Below are positions 39,363 through 50,241 of a DNA stretch of 64,000 nt, piece after piece. The notes under the pieces were generated by a model. It searched no databases and was not told the origin of the DNA. It worked only from the letters and a program-made list of their open reading frames with translations. The first letter of the stretch is position 1. Each line of letters begins with the position of its first letter. The stretch spans positions 704,001 to 768,000 of the forward strand of contig OZ244742.1 in NCBI GenBank assembly GCA_965219415.1, written 5' to 3'. The DNA comes from Candidatus Marinacidobacterales bacterium. Its GTDB lineage: Bacteria; Acidobacteriota; Vicinamibacteria; Marinacidobacterales; DATDRI01. The position numbers were made by a program, and so were the translations under genes.

Positions 39363-40375
39363 GCCGGCTCCTCCTTCCGGCGACGACCGCGCGGGATCGC
39401 CGTATCGGCGATCAGAAAAACGATCGCAAAACCGAGTGGCCAATAGAAGCGTTCCTCGTAGCGCGTGAACAACTGCGATTTCAGTTCCTTGCTCTCCATG
39501 GATGCGATGAGCTCACCGATTTCATCGATTTCGCTCTCTCGATCGGTGGCCCGAAAATACTTCCCCCCGGTTGCCAATGCCACACGGCCGAGCGACTCCT
39601 CATCCAGCCGGCTCAAGACAGGCTGACCTGCTGCGTCGCGCTTGTAGTCGGTGACCTCGCCCTTGGAATTGCGGATCGGAATCGGGTCGCCTGCCGCCGT
39701 TCCGACTCCCACGGCGTGGATCACGACACCCTCCTCCTGAGCCTTGCGAGCCATGTCGGCGGGATCCCCTTCGTGTTGTTCCCCGTCGGTCAAGAGGATG
39801 ACGACCTTATACTTCGATTCCTTTGAGACGAAACCGCGTCGCGCCGCGTCGATGGCACTCGCGACGTTGGTGCCCGCTTCAGGAACCACACCGGTGCCCA
39901 CCGCATCCAAGAAAATCCTAACCGCGCCATCGTCGAGCGTGAGCGGGCACTGTACGAACGCCGCGCCGGCGAAGACGATGAGGCCGACTCGATTGCCCTG
40001 CAGTCGCTCAGTGAGGGCAGCAGTCAGATGGCGGGCCTTCTCCATCCGAGAAGGTACGACGTCGGTAGCCGCCATGCTGAGGGAAGTGTCGAGGGCAATG
40101 AAGATGTCCACACCGCTACGAACGACTTCCTCTGTCTTCTCCCCCCACTGCGGGCGCGCAATGGCCAGCACCAGAAAGAAAATCCCCGCAAGCGCGAGCC
40201 CGCCCTTGAGCCGATCGAGGACGGGACTGACCGCTTGGGAGAGCTTCGAGACCAGACCCGCGTCACCGAAGACGGCGATGGCGCGTCGTTTCCGTCGCCC
40301 GGACCAAACAAAGAGTGCGCCCAGGGCCGGCACCAGCCACAGCAAATGAAGCGCAGATAGGTTCGCGAATTGCAT
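39359..40375 (-). CDS. batB: BatB VWA-domain protein
   Basis: ARPQWG, DTSLSM MIDAS, LTDGE, SRLDE. Confidence 0.88.
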   Translation of the reverse strand: MQFANLSALHLLWLVPALGALFVWSGRRKRRAIAVFGDAGLVSKLSQAVSPVLDRLKGGLALAGIFFLVLAIARPQWGEKTEEVVRSGVDIFIALDTSLSMAATDVVPSRMEKARHLTAALTERLQGNRVGLIVFAGAAFVQCPLTLDDGAVRIFLDAVGTGVVPEAGTNVASAIDAARRGFVSKESKYKVVILLTDGEQHEGDPADMARKAQEEGVVIHAVGVGTAAGDPIPIRNSKGEVTDYKRDAAGQPVLSRLDEESLGRVALATGGKYFRATDRESEIDEIGELIASMESKELKSQLFTRYEERFYWPLGFAIVFLIADTAIPRGRRRKEEPA

Positions 40376-40380
40376 AAGCG

Positions 40381-41370
40381 TCAGGGAATACTCAGCAAAC
40401 GGGTGCGTGAGAGAACGGATTCCGCCAGGAGCATACCGAGGGCAGCCATCATGAAATAAGGAGCCAGCTCGGTGTAGCGCACGTATTCTTTTTGTTCGAT
40501 CTTGGTCTTCTCGAGCTCGTCGATCTCCTCGTAGACTTTGGCGAGGGACTCCTCGTCGGTGGCTCGAAAGTACTTCCCTTCTGTCAACTGAGCGATGTCC
40601 TGCAGCGTTTTTTCGTCCATCTCGACCAGCACTTCTTGGTATACGGTCCCGTAAACAGGATCCTCGAAAGGATACGGGGCATAACCTTCGCGACCTGCCC
40701 CAACCGTGTAGATCTTGATTCCGAACGTCTTTGCCAACTCGGCGGCGGTAAGCGGATCGATCTCGCCCCGGTTGTTCACCCCGTCAGTAAGGAGAATGAT
40801 GATGCGGCTCTTGGCGGTCGAATCCTTGAGGCGGTTTACGCTAGTGGCGATAGCGGTACCGATAGCGGTGCCGTCTTCGATGCTTCCGATGCGCACGTCT
40901 TCGAGCAGCGTTAACAAGATGTCATGGTCTATCGTCAGCGGACACTTGGTGAGCGCCCGGGCCGCAAACGCCACCATCCCGATGCGATCATGAGGGCGCG
41001 ATCGCACGAACTCCGCAACCACCTGCTTCGCAACGTAGAGGCGGTTTCGTGGCTTGAAATCCTCGGTCTTCATGCTGCTCGAAACGTCGATGGCGAGAAG
41101 GATATCGACGCCCTCGGTGATGACTTCTTCGCTTCGGGCACCGGCTTGGGGTCGCGCCATCGCGATCAGCACTAGCGAGAGCGCCAACAGGCGCAAGACG
41201 AAGAGCATCGGGGAGAGACGAGCCCAGATCGAAGGTCTGAGCATATGGAGTGGACGAAGATCGGAATAAAGGAGAGTCGGCCGGCTCTCTCGGAGCTTCC
41301 AGTGAAGGTAAATGAGCGCCGGGATCAGCAGCAACCCGAGTGCCAACCAGGGATAGGCGAGTCGTGTCAC
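40381..41370 (-). CDS. batA: BatA VWA-domain protein
   Basis: DVSSSM, GTAIG, LLTDGVNNRG, YFRATD. Confidence 0.9.
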   Translation of the reverse strand: MTRLAYPWLALGLLLIPALIYLHWKLRESRPTLLYSDLRPLHMLRPSIWARLSPMLFVLRLLALSLVLIAMARPQAGARSEEVITEGVDILLAIDVSSSMKTEDFKPRNRLYVAKQVVAEFVRSRPHDRIGMVAFAARALTKCPLTIDHDILLTLLEDVRIGSIEDGTAIGTAIATSVNRLKDSTAKSRIIILLTDGVNNRGEIDPLTAAELAKTFGIKIYTVGAGREGYAPYPFEDPVYGTVYQEVLVEMDEKTLQDIAQLTEGKYFRATDEESLAKVYEEIDELEKTKIEQKEYVRYTELAPYFMMAALGMLLAESVLSRTRLLSIP

Positions 41371-42392
41371 GGCTGCGTCTCCGATTGGCTTTCGGTGGTG
41401 ACGACCTCGGGGGCGGCGACTTTGGGTTTCGTTTCGTCGATGAAACGAAAGCCCTCGGGAATCATCCGGTTGGACTCGTCGTCCGGGGGCGCGATGCGGG
41501 CGAACTTCACTAGGTCGGACATCACTAGGATCTTGTCCAGATCTACTTGCGCGCCGCGCTTGATACCGGCGACTCTCAGATCTCTCTGAACCTCCGAGGT
41601 CGTGCGCTCGAGGTAAGGCACCGTGTACCGGCGCCCCGCGTACCGCTTCATGATGTCGGAGAGCTCGATATAGAACTGGCGGACCTTTCCCGCCCCGAGC
41701 AGCCTCATCTCGAGCAGCCTTCGCAAGGCCGCTTCGGCTTCGACTTCCGGAGGAGGAAGTGGTGGCGGCAGGGGCTCGGCCAAGAGCTCGGTTCCCTTCT
41801 TCCGAAAGCGCCTATATAGAAGATAGGCCAGCGCCGCGAGGACGAGCGCCGCCAACAACCACCAGAGTCTCCCCCAACGGCTGGGAACCGGGATGTTGGC
41901 CATCGGGCCCTTGATGTCGTGGATTTCCGTAACGTCGGGAGTCAGCGAAGTGACTAGCGCGATGGGAATCGCCTCGGTCTCGACGGATGCGAGCTCTCCC
42001 GACTCGCTCTGGAACTCCACCTTGATGGGTGGGATGGCGATCTCACCCGGCAGCCGGTAGGCGGCGATACGGAGCTTCACGCGACTCTCGGTCGCTGCGG
42101 TCGAGTCGTTCTCAGTTGAGTCCGTCGGCTCAATCTGTTCGACGAGCTCGAATGGCGCGAGCTTGTCTCCTCCCGTCGCGAGCAAGAACTCGGCGCCGGC
42201 CGGGTGTCTTATCGCAACCTCGAGGGTCAGCGCTTCTCCGACTTGGATTTCGGTTTTGTCCGCGCCTGCGGCGACCGCCCACTCTCCGGGTCCTTCGGGA
42301 ATCGGCACCGACTCTTGTTGCACCGGCTCATCGGCGCACGCAGCGAGAGCGATCAAGAGTCCGAGTACCAGCCGGCGTTTCATCGAGGTCAA
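41367..42392 (-). CDS. bat-operon membrane/lipoprotein (DUF4381-like)
   Basis: Lipobox LAAC, HDIKGP then TM helix, LERTTSE, DLVKFA. Confidence 0.75.
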   Translation of the reverse strand: MTSMKRRLVLGLLIALAACADEPVQQESVPIPEGPGEWAVAAGADKTEIQVGEALTLEVAIRHPAGAEFLLATGGDKLAPFELVEQIEPTDSTENDSTAATESRVKLRIAAYRLPGEIAIPPIKVEFQSESGELASVETEAIPIALVTSLTPDVTEIHDIKGPMANIPVPSRWGRLWWLLAALVLAALAYLLYRRFRKKGTELLAEPLPPPLPPPEVEAEAALRRLLEMRLLGAGKVRQFYIELSDIMKRYAGRRYTVPYLERTTSEVQRDLRVAGIKRGAQVDLDKILVMSDLVKFARIAPPDDESNRMIPEGFRFIDETKPKVAAPEVVTTESQSETQP

Positions 42393-43270
42393 TGCCTTAG
42401 GCGACGCGCTCTTCTCTCGAAGAATCGCTGCAGCGGCCGATCGTAGGGTTCTCCGGTGGTGACATCGATGATGTCGACACCCATGGCGGTCAAAGCATCC
42501 ATCTGTCCCTGCACGCGAGCATTCGTGTGCTCGGTGAAAGCGGCCAGGGCGCGACGATCGGAGGTATCCAACAACATGCGGTGCCCGGTCTCCGCGTCTT
42601 CGAGCTCGATCATGCCTGCCTTCGGGATCTCGCGCTCCCGAGGATCGGAAAGGAAAATCGAAATGACGTCGTGTTTTTTCGCGGCCACTCGGAAGGGTTT
42701 CTCGAACCCGGAGGTCAGGAAATCCGATAGTACGAAGACCACCGCCCGCTTGCGGGTCACGCTATTGAGATAGTCCATGGCGGCGGCGAGATTTGTCTTT
42801 TTTCCCTTCGGCGCGAAGTAAAGCAGATCACGAATAACCCTCAGTACATGGGGCCGACCCTTGCGCGGCGGAATGAACATCTCGACTTCGTCGGTGAAGA
42901 CGATGGCCCCGACCCGGTCGTTGTTCTTGATCGCACTAAAGGCCAAGAGGGCGCCTATTTCCGCAGCGACCTCGCGCTTGAAACGAGAGGTGGTCCCGAA
43001 GTCGGCGGATCCACTGGCATCGAGCATCAGCAGCACCGTCAGCTCGCGTTCCTCGACGAACTTCTTGACGTGGAGGGTCCCGGTGCGTGAGGTGACGTTC
43101 CAATCGATGGTGCGGATGTCATCGCCCATCATGTACTCCCGCACCTCGGAGAATTCCATGCCGCGGCCCTTGAAGATGCTGTGGTATTCGCCGGCCAGGA
43201 CATCGGTCACCATGCGGCGCGTGGTGATCTCGATACGTCGAACTTTCTGGAGGACTTCTCTTGGTAGCAT
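42389..43270 (-). CDS. DUF58 family protein
   Basis: GRGMEFSEVREY..GDDIRTIDWNVT, EERE, SDF. Confidence 0.93.
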   Translation of the reverse strand: MLPREVLQKVRRIEITTRRMVTDVLAGEYHSIFKGRGMEFSEVREYMMGDDIRTIDWNVTSRTGTLHVKKFVEERELTVLLMLDASGSADFGTTSRFKREVAAEIGALLAFSAIKNNDRVGAIVFTDEVEMFIPPRKGRPHVLRVIRDLLYFAPKGKKTNLAAAMDYLNSVTRKRAVVFVLSDFLTSGFEKPFRVAAKKHDVISIFLSDPREREIPKAGMIELEDAETGHRMLLDTSDRRALAAFTEHTNARVQGQMDALTAMGVDIIDVTTGEPYDRPLQRFFERRARRLRH

Positions 43271-43334
43271 CTGGGCGCTTGCCTCGCCGTAGTTCGCCAG
43301 CTTCGCTCGCGTCGCGAACGGAGGCGGGAGAAAC

Positions 43335-44321
43335 CTAGGGGACTTCTACGGTGTCGAAAATACGTTGGATGATTTCCTCTGGTTTGACGTCTTCCGCTTC
43401 CGCCTCGTAGGAAAGGATGACCCGATGACGAAGCACGTCAGGACCGACGGACTTCACGTCTTCGGGGGTTACGTAACCGCGCCCACAAATGAATGCGTGC
43501 GCACGGGCCGCCTGGACCAGGTACAGCGTGGCACGCGGCGAGCCCCCGTACTCGATGAGAGCAGCGATATCGAGCCCGAACTCATTCGGCTCACGCGTGG
43601 CGAAGACGATCGAGATGATGTACTCCTTGATCCGGTCATCTATATACACCTCTTCGACAACCTTGCGAGCCTTCAAGATGTCGTCCGGGCCAACGACGTT
43701 ACTGGCCTGCGGCACGTTCTGAGTGGACATGCGATCGAGAATCTCCCGCTCTTCTTTGCGGTTCGGATAATCGAGCTTGAGCTTCAGCATGAAACGATCG
43801 ACTTGCGCTTCCGGTAGAGGGTAGGTTCCCTCCTGCTCGATGGGGTTCTGCGTTGCCAAAACCAAAAAAGGCTCCGCGAGCGGATACGTCGTGTCGCCGA
43901 TCGTCACTTGCCGCTCCTGCATCGCTTCGAGAAGAGCACTTTGAACTTTGGCCGGGGCCCGGTTGATCTCGTCGGCCAGCAGCAAGCTCGTAAAGATAGG
44001 CCCTTTCTTTGGAACGAAAACACCGTCCTTCTGGTTGTAGATGAGCGTCCCCACGAGGTCGGCCGGTAGGAGATCGGGCGTAAACTGAATGCGTTGGAAC
44101 TTGCAGTCGATGGCATCGGCCAGGCTGCGGACGGCCAGTGTCTTGGCCAGCCCGGGTACCCCTTCGAGGAGGATGTGGCCGCGGCTCAAAAGGCCGATCA
44201 GCATCCGGTCCAGCATGCCCGGCTGGCCGACGATGACCTTGCGCAACTCTGCGAGGAGTGTCTCGACGAATACCGCTTCTTTTTGAACTCGTTCGTTGAT
44301 CTCTTGAATACTAGCTTCCAT
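43335..44321 (-). CDS. moxR: MoxR-family AAA+ ATPase
   Basis: GVPGLAKT, RIQFTPDLLPAD, DEINRA, ATQNPIEQEGTYPLPEAQ. Confidence 0.95.
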   Translation of the reverse strand: MEASIQEINERVQKEAVFVETLLAELRKVIVGQPGMLDRMLIGLLSRGHILLEGVPGLAKTLAVRSLADAIDCKFQRIQFTPDLLPADLVGTLIYNQKDGVFVPKKGPIFTSLLLADEINRAPAKVQSALLEAMQERQVTIGDTTYPLAEPFLVLATQNPIEQEGTYPLPEAQVDRFMLKLKLDYPNRKEEREILDRMSTQNVPQASNVVGPDDILKARKVVEEVYIDDRIKEYIISIVFATREPNEFGLDIAALIEYGGSPRATLYLVQAARAHAFICGRGYVTPEDVKSVGPDVLRHRVILSYEAEAEDVKPEEIIQRIFDTVEVP

Positions 44322-44499
44322 CAGTACTTCGCTCCTCCGGGTATTCCCATGCGAATTATAGCAAAACGAGTGGCGGTCCCCTTTTCGAAGTGTGGCGGCG
44401 TCGCTCGTCGGGAGGCTTTTTGCCGGTCTTTGCCTACAGGGGGGCCATCAGGTAGCTTATAGGCGGTGGTCAACGTACTCAAGCGAGTCTTGAGCATCA

Positions 44500-46143
44500 G
44501 TGACGACCGAAAGAGAGGCCTTGGTGAGCATCCGAAAAGCGATTTTGGCGGTTGTGGTCTTGGCGGCAATCGTCGACCTGGTCGGCCCGGCATCGGCCCA
44601 GGAAAAGATGGACCTGGGAACCGTCCAGTTCCCGACTTCCGGTTCTCCGGAGGCCCAGGCGCACTTCATGCGCGGCGTCGCGGCGTTGCACAGCTTCTGG
44701 TACGAGGAAGCGGCCGAGGCCTTCCAAATGGCCTACCGGACCGATCCCGACTTCGCCATGGCGTATTGGGGCGAGGCCATGTCCTACAACCATCCTCTAT
44801 GGGGAGATGAACAGGACATCGCCGCCGCGCGCAAGACGCTGCGCGAGCTAGCCCCGTCGCGGAGCCAAAGGATGGCAAAGGCCGAAACCGACAAGGAGAA
44901 GGCCTTCCTCGAAGCGCTCGAGATCCTGTACGGCGAGGGAGAAAAGCACGATCGCGACCGGGCCTATTCGCAGGCGATGGCGGATCTATACGAGAAGCAT
45001 CCGGATGATCACGAGATCGCTTGCTTCTATGCGCTATCGATTCTAGGCACGGTAAAACCGGGAGAGCCCGGGGTTCGACGCCAGGTGCAATCGGCCGCCA
45101 TCCTGAACAAGGTTTTCGCAGAGAATCCGAATCACCCGGGCGCGGCTCACTACATCATCCACTCATTCGATGATCCCGAGCACGCCCCCTTGGCACTTCC
45201 CGCAGCCGACCGGTACGCAGAGATCGCACCCGCGGCTCCCCACGCCCTTCACATGCCGTCCCATATCTTCGTGCAGCACGGCATGTGGGACCGCGTCGCG
45301 GCCTCCAACAAGGCGGCGTATGAAGCTTCGGACGCATGGGTGAAACGTAAATCGCTTTCCATCACCAAGCGAGACTACCACGCTTACTCATGGTGGCAGT
45401 ACTCCGACCTGCAACTCGGTCGCTACGAAGATGCTTGGGCAGGCGTGGAGCTGTTAAAGGGCGTCGCGGACGAAACGCAGGCAGACTACATGCGGCGGGT
45501 CTACGGGACGATGAGGTCGCGCTACATCATCGAGACCGAGAAGTGGCAAGACCTGCCGCTTCCGGAGGCAACCTCCTTTACCGGGCGGGGCTCGAGTGCC
45601 ACGGCGAGCCTGCTACTGGCGGCGGGAATGAGTGCCGCGAATCGAGGCAACTTTGCCAAGGCACAAGCGGCTGCCGACAAGCTCAAGAAGCTCCGTGAGC
45701 AAAAAGAATCCGAGGAGGACCGCTACGAAGCCAAGTCTCTCGCGATCATGGAGAAAGAAGTCACCGCCCTTGTTCTTCTCGTCCAGGGTAAGAACGACCG
45801 CGCCCTCAGTCTGATGAAAGAAGCGATCGCCATCGAAGGAGCCATGGACCCCCCGTCGGGACCCGCCTACCCGCTGAAACCGTCGCATGAGCTCTACGGA
45901 GAGATGCTTCTGGAGACCGGTTCGGCCGACGAGGCGATCAAGCAATTCGCCGTCGCGCTGGTGCGGATGCCGCTGCGTACTCGATCGCTACTCGGGTGGG
46001 CGCGAGCCTCTTCGGAAGCGGGTGACGTCGAGACGGCCAGGAAAGCCTACAACTTGTTGCTCAAGAACTGGCAGCACGCCGACGCGGGGCTTCCGGAGCT
46101 GGCCGAGGCGCGAAAGTACGAGGCTGCCACCGACGGTCGTTAA
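44500..46143 (+). CDS. exported TPR-like helical protein
   Basis: GVAALHSFWY, AMAYWG, HPGAAHYIIH, HALHMPSHIF. Confidence 0.85.
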   Translation: MTTEREALVSIRKAILAVVVLAAIVDLVGPASAQEKMDLGTVQFPTSGSPEAQAHFMRGVAALHSFWYEEAAEAFQMAYRTDPDFAMAYWGEAMSYNHPLWGDEQDIAAARKTLRELAPSRSQRMAKAETDKEKAFLEALEILYGEGEKHDRDRAYSQAMADLYEKHPDDHEIACFYALSILGTVKPGEPGVRRQVQSAAILNKVFAENPNHPGAAHYIIHSFDDPEHAPLALPAADRYAEIAPAAPHALHMPSHIFVQHGMWDRVAASNKAAYEASDAWVKRKSLSITKRDYHAYSWWQYSDLQLGRYEDAWAGVELLKGVADETQADYMRRVYGTMRSRYIIETEKWQDLPLPEATSFTGRGSSATASLLLAAGMSAANRGNFAKAQAAADKLKKLREQKESEEDRYEAKSLAIMEKEVTALVLLVQGKNDRALSLMKEAIAIEGAMDPPSGPAYPLKPSHELYGEMLLETGSADEAIKQFAVALVRMPLRTRSLLGWARASSEAGDVETARKAYNLLLKNWQHADAGLPELAEARKYEAATDGR

Positions 46144-46716
46144 CTAAGGTTGGCTTCCTTCCTTACTCAGGCCACAACCAACCGAACACTCCTTCGGTGA
46201 GTAGACCGTAGGCGAGCGTATCGAGTAGGTGTTTCGCGATGGCCCCCACGGTCGTCCAAACCAAATACCATCGGTGATGACTCCCCGCCCGTGAGCCAAC
46301 CATGCCACGGTGCCGGCAATCTGGAACACCTTGAGATAAGGGGTCGCCGACTCCAGAGTCCGACCAGCGACGTAGGCGACGACGACACCGACCGCCAGAT
46401 AGTAGACGAACGACAGCACCATGCTCTTCCCCATATTAGGGACGCCACGAGGTACGACGGTGAGAAAACCGGTCGGTCCTCCCTCGAACTTCTTGATGAC
46501 TTCCGGCTTTTTGATCTCCTCCATGGCTGTCAGATGAGGAATGTTGTAGAGACCGGGCCGGATATCGCCCAATGACTTAATGGTGGCGTCTTCGTCCGGG
46601 ACGCCCTTGTACTCGGATTTGTGGTGCGGCAGAACGACCCAGACGAGAAAGCTGGCAAACCAAATGATGACGGCGAAGACGAGGATGGGCATCCAAAGAG
46701 AGCCTATCGTGACCAT
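46144..46716 (-). CDS. hypothetical membrane protein (C-terminus possibly frameshifted)
   Basis: LWMPIL..., VLPHHKS, IWFGRPW followed by loss of hydrophobic pattern. Confidence 0.7.
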   Translation of the reverse strand: MVTIGSLWMPILVFAVIIWFASFLVWVVLPHHKSEYKGVPDEDATIKSLGDIRPGLYNIPHLTAMEEIKKPEVIKKFEGGPTGFLTVVPRGVPNMGKSMVLSFVYYLAVGVVVAYVAGRTLESATPYLKVFQIAGTVAWLAHGRGVITDGIWFGRPWGPSRNTYSIRSPTVYSPKECSVGCGLSKEGSQP

Positions 46717-46758
46717 GGAACCTCCTTCGGCGCTTGGGCTAGCGCTAGCGTCCGAAGA

Positions 46759-47470
46759 CTACACCAAATACTCCAACGCCAAAACTAGGAGACCGACTCC
46801 CGCGAACACGACGCCCAGGGCCTTCTCCATAATCGCTGCGGGAAGATACTTTCCAAGGCGGCTGCCGATGGTGCTCCCGATAAGGACGCCAGGAATGCTC
46901 CACCCGACGACATGCCACACCGGCTGGGCGTGGAGCGCGTGAATAGCGGCTCCGGCAGCGGCAACGTTGGCGAGCGTGAAGACGCTGGTCGCTATGGCCA
47001 CGCGAGGCGGCACGCGGCAACGAACGACAAGTTGCGTCGTCGAAATTTCGGGGAGCCCGGCGCTGATCATCCCGGTCAGCAATCCGCCAACCGCCGCCAT
47101 CAACACGCCCGGTAACCTCCAACAAGTCGGGTACTCGTAGACCGTACCGTCGTGCGCCCGGATAATCGTCGTTCCTCGGCCCGCGGACTTCCGATCGATG
47201 ATAGCCATTGCGCGATCGCCCGGCTCGCACTCTTCTGGCGAACGAACCAAAATGAGAAACGCCGCCAAGATCAATAGGCCAGCCCCAAAGATCGTCTTGA
47301 GTACCCGGCTCGGCACCATATCCGCAGCAATGGCTCCCAAGATCACTAGGGGTAGCGCGCCCAGGAGAAGCCACTTCGCGGTGGCGTAGTCGACGAGCCT
47401 GGCCCGAACGTAGGAGCGCAGACCGTTTCCCATCCCGAAGACTTCTGTCAGAAGTCCCGCCCCGACCCCC
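46759..47470 (-). pseudogene. TauE/SafE sulfite exporter family, 5'-truncated
   Basis: GAGLLTEVFG, VAIATSVF, IPGVLIG; no start codon or first helices between it and the nnrE stop. Confidence 0.7.
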
Positions 47471-47473
47471 GGT

Positions 47474-48200
47474 TTAGGACAGCCGGATGACGTCGCTCTC
47501 GGCGAATATCGGTCCCACTTCGAGCTCGAGCGCGGGCTCGCGGTATAGCGCCGGCGGGACGCTGATGTCGGCGAGGTAGAGCTCACCGACGCGTTCCTCG
47601 ACTCCCGGCGCGCGGAGGCCCTCCTTGGGTAGAGCAAGCGTCATGGTGGCCGTCGCTCGGATGGCGGGATCGAACACCGTCCCAGTCGTGGTATCGATCC
47701 CGGAAGGAGCATCTAGCGCCAAAACGGGAGCTTCCTGCGCGTTCGCCCAACGCATCAAATCACCCGCCGAGGTTCGCGGGGCGCCCTTTAGGCTGTAGCC
47801 GATGACACCATCGAGGATGACATCGGGCGTCGGCTCTTCGACCGTACCGGCCGCTTGGCTCACCTGCACCTTCATGCGCGTAACGATGTCGAGCTGGTGC
47901 GCAGGGACGGGAGCGAAATCCGATGCCGGCTTGGTCGCAAAAACACGAACAAGCGCTCCCCAGTTGTGAAGTCAGCGCGCCGCCTCCGTTCCCACCGGTA
48001 CCCACCAGTACGACGACTCGCTTGCCACTCGGATCCCCGTCCAGGAATCGCTCCCGCGCGAGGCTCGCTAGATTGCGCCCGGCGTTCTCCATCATCTGTA
48101 TGAGCTCGATTTTGAAATCCTTGATCATCGCCCGATCGACCTCGATCATCTGCTCGGTCGTCAGGTAAGGGATGTCTTCCGGCTTACACTTCTCGATCAT
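47474..48200 (-). pseudogene. nnrE: NAD(P)H-hydrate epimerase (YjeF N-terminal domain), frameshifted with a small deletion near 47960
   Basis: MMENAG, GTGGNGGG; ILDGVIG, LALDAPSG, TMTLALPK, LADISVP. Confidence 0.8.
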
Positions 48201-48212
48201 TGGGGACACTCC

Positions 48213-49286
48213 TCAGTCGGAGGCGGGAATGTAATCGACCCAGGTCGCGGGTGAGGAAGTGCGAAGAACGCTCCCCCGCGGAAGCCGCAGAGGACGCACA
48301 AAAAAGTACTTCGCTTTCCATGCGGGATCGAACTCGCGGATCCTGATGAGCGGCGCACGGCGTCCGTCGGGGTAACGAGCCTCGAGCTCGTACGCGCCGG
48401 CGGCGGGTGGGGAGGCATAGACCGCAAGGACCATCAAGTCAGCAGGTAACTCATAGTCCCCGCCGTCCATTTTCAGAGATCTCACCGTGGCGGCATCCGG
48501 CTCGAAATAGAGCCCTAGTCGACTCTTGTCGGTCATGGCCTTGCCGTCGTCGCGCCAGGTCTTGCGGTAGTGGATATCGACGGCCAACGTGGCGCCGGCA
48601 GGCAACTCTTCCGCTAGACCGTCCGGCAAAAAGGCGAGACCTTGCCCGGGAAGCCATGTTGCCACCGGTCGGGTTTCCGCTTCACAACTACCTCCAATGC
48701 GGATCGTCACGTCGTGTACCATCGCGACGTTGTCGGGTTGGAACTCGAAAGCCGCAACCCGGCGCGCTTCGGGGAGCCGCGTCGGCAGGACAACACAAGC
48801 GTTTTTCTCGATCTCTTCCGCTCCGACGGTAACCGCGGCTTCCGGCTCCAAGACCAAGTCCGGCTCGCGATGCATTGCCACCGCGCCAGCCTCGGACGGA
48901 GCCTCGCGCTCCACCAGTTGGCCTTCCGGTGTTCCTCCGCTCGCCCAATCGACAAGTGCATCGATTTCTTCGGCGGTCAAGCTGCGAGCATCCCGAAACT
49001 CACCATACCCTTCCTCCGGCAGCCAGGGCGGCATGCGCCCCTCGAGGACCTCCGTCTTAATAGATGATGCCCAGGGGAAGGCCTGCTGATAGCTGAGTAA
49101 TGACATGGGGGCTATCCCGCCCCCTCGATGGCAATCACCGCAATGCTTCTCGAGGATTGGGAGCACGTCCCTTTCGTACGTGAACCTCGACGGCTCCACC
49201 TCGTGGGCCAGCAAGAGCGCCGCGGAGCCCAGCGCGAAAGCGAAGGCGCCCAGCGCCCTAACGCGTACGGATCTCTTCAAGATCAC
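48213..49286 (-). CDS. exported c-type cytochrome motif protein with monooxygenase-like beta domain
   Basis: CGDCH, APMSL, MPPW, VDWASGG.PEG, IHY, LGLYF. Confidence 0.75.
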   Translation of the reverse strand: MILKRSVRVRALGAFAFALGSAALLLAHEVEPSRFTYERDVLPILEKHCGDCHRGGGIAPMSLLSYQQAFPWASSIKTEVLEGRMPPWLPEEGYGEFRDARSLTAEEIDALVDWASGGTPEGQLVEREAPSEAGAVAMHREPDLVLEPEAAVTVGAEEIEKNACVVLPTRLPEARRVAAFEFQPDNVAMVHDVTIRIGGSCEAETRPVATWLPGQGLAFLPDGLAEELPAGATLAVDIHYRKTWRDDGKAMTDKSRLGLYFEPDAATVRSLKMDGGDYELPADLMVLAVYASPPAAGAYELEARYPDGRRAPLIRIREFDPAWKAKYFFVRPLRLPRGSVLRTSSPATWVDYIPASD

Positions 49287-50235
49287 GTATCCCCTCTTCG
49301 AAGAGCTCGTAGGCAGACTCGACTTTCAGGCGATTCCCCAAATCACCGTACATATCCAAGAGCCAGGCGGCCCGAACGAGCTTCTTGACGGGAAGCGCGA
49401 CCGTCTCGCCCTCCCGCGTGCCGAGCGCCAAGGCGAGCTCTTTGGCCTCCATCGCAGGTATATAGAGGTCGGTCCATCCTCCGACTCGCATCAAATCTTG
49501 TATCCGCGTGTCACGGAGAAAGATCGCTTGGGCGATCTTCTGCGGTCCCTCCGGGATCACCAACGGGGATACCTCGGCGATGGGAGCGCGCGGGCCGACG
49601 AAGATGAAGTCGAACCGAACTTCATCATCTGAACCTTCGAACCGCACGAAGAGCGTCAGTTCCACCGGATAAGCGATGCCTCCGTCGATGGTCAACTCAC
49701 TATGGTCTCCGTCACCAGCGGGAGTTAGGGACCGATCGCCGATGCGTGCCTCGACCCGCCCGGCGTCGATGGGCCGCGTAAAATCATCATAGAGGTAGAA
49801 GCTGAAGATCCCGTCGGGCGACAACGCTCCTTCTAGATGATTGAATCCGTTCGGGGCCATGAAGAGCATGCCCCCGTGCCTGGGATTGTGATCGCCGTGC
49901 GGCATGGCGACCGACCGTCTCTCGAGGGGACGTCCTCCGACGGGACAATTCCCCGGGTGCGGCTCACTCACATCCGGATGCCTCGTACACGCCCATTGAA
50001 TCTCTTGGGTCGTGCGGGCCAAGGCCATTTTGCAGATGGAACAGACGTCGCCTTCCCCGCCGGTCGCGTGGCTGTGCATTGGGCACGCCCAAACCGGAAC
50101 GAACCGGCGTTTTTCGAGCTCCCGTTCGCAAATGTTGCATTGGCCCGATTCCACGGACTGCACGTCGCGATGCACGGGACAGAGCCAGACCTCCGTCTCC
50201 TGAAATGTGAGCAACAGCCAAAGAAGGAAGAACAT
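49258..50235 (-). CDS. exported heavy-metal-binding-domain protein
   Basis: Three W.CP.H...G.C..C-type repeats; HGDHNPRHGG. Confidence 0.78.
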   Translation of the reverse strand: MFFLLWLLLTFQETEVWLCPVHRDVQSVESGQCNICERELEKRRFVPVWACPMHSHATGGEGDVCSICKMALARTTQEIQWACTRHPDVSEPHPGNCPVGGRPLERRSVAMPHGDHNPRHGGMLFMAPNGFNHLEGALSPDGIFSFYLYDDFTRPIDAGRVEARIGDRSLTPAGDGDHSELTIDGGIAYPVELTLFVRFEGSDDEVRFDFIFVGPRAPIAEVSPLVIPEGPQKIAQAIFLRDTRIQDLMRVGGWTDLYIPAMEAKELALALGTREGETVALPVKKLVRAAWLLDMYGDLGNRLKVESAYELFEEGIRDLEEIRTR

Positions 50236-50241
50236 TTCTGT

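Noticed and set aside
36038-44321. moxR-DUF58-batABCDE cluster as a novel system
   Set aside because: Well-known, widespread operon.
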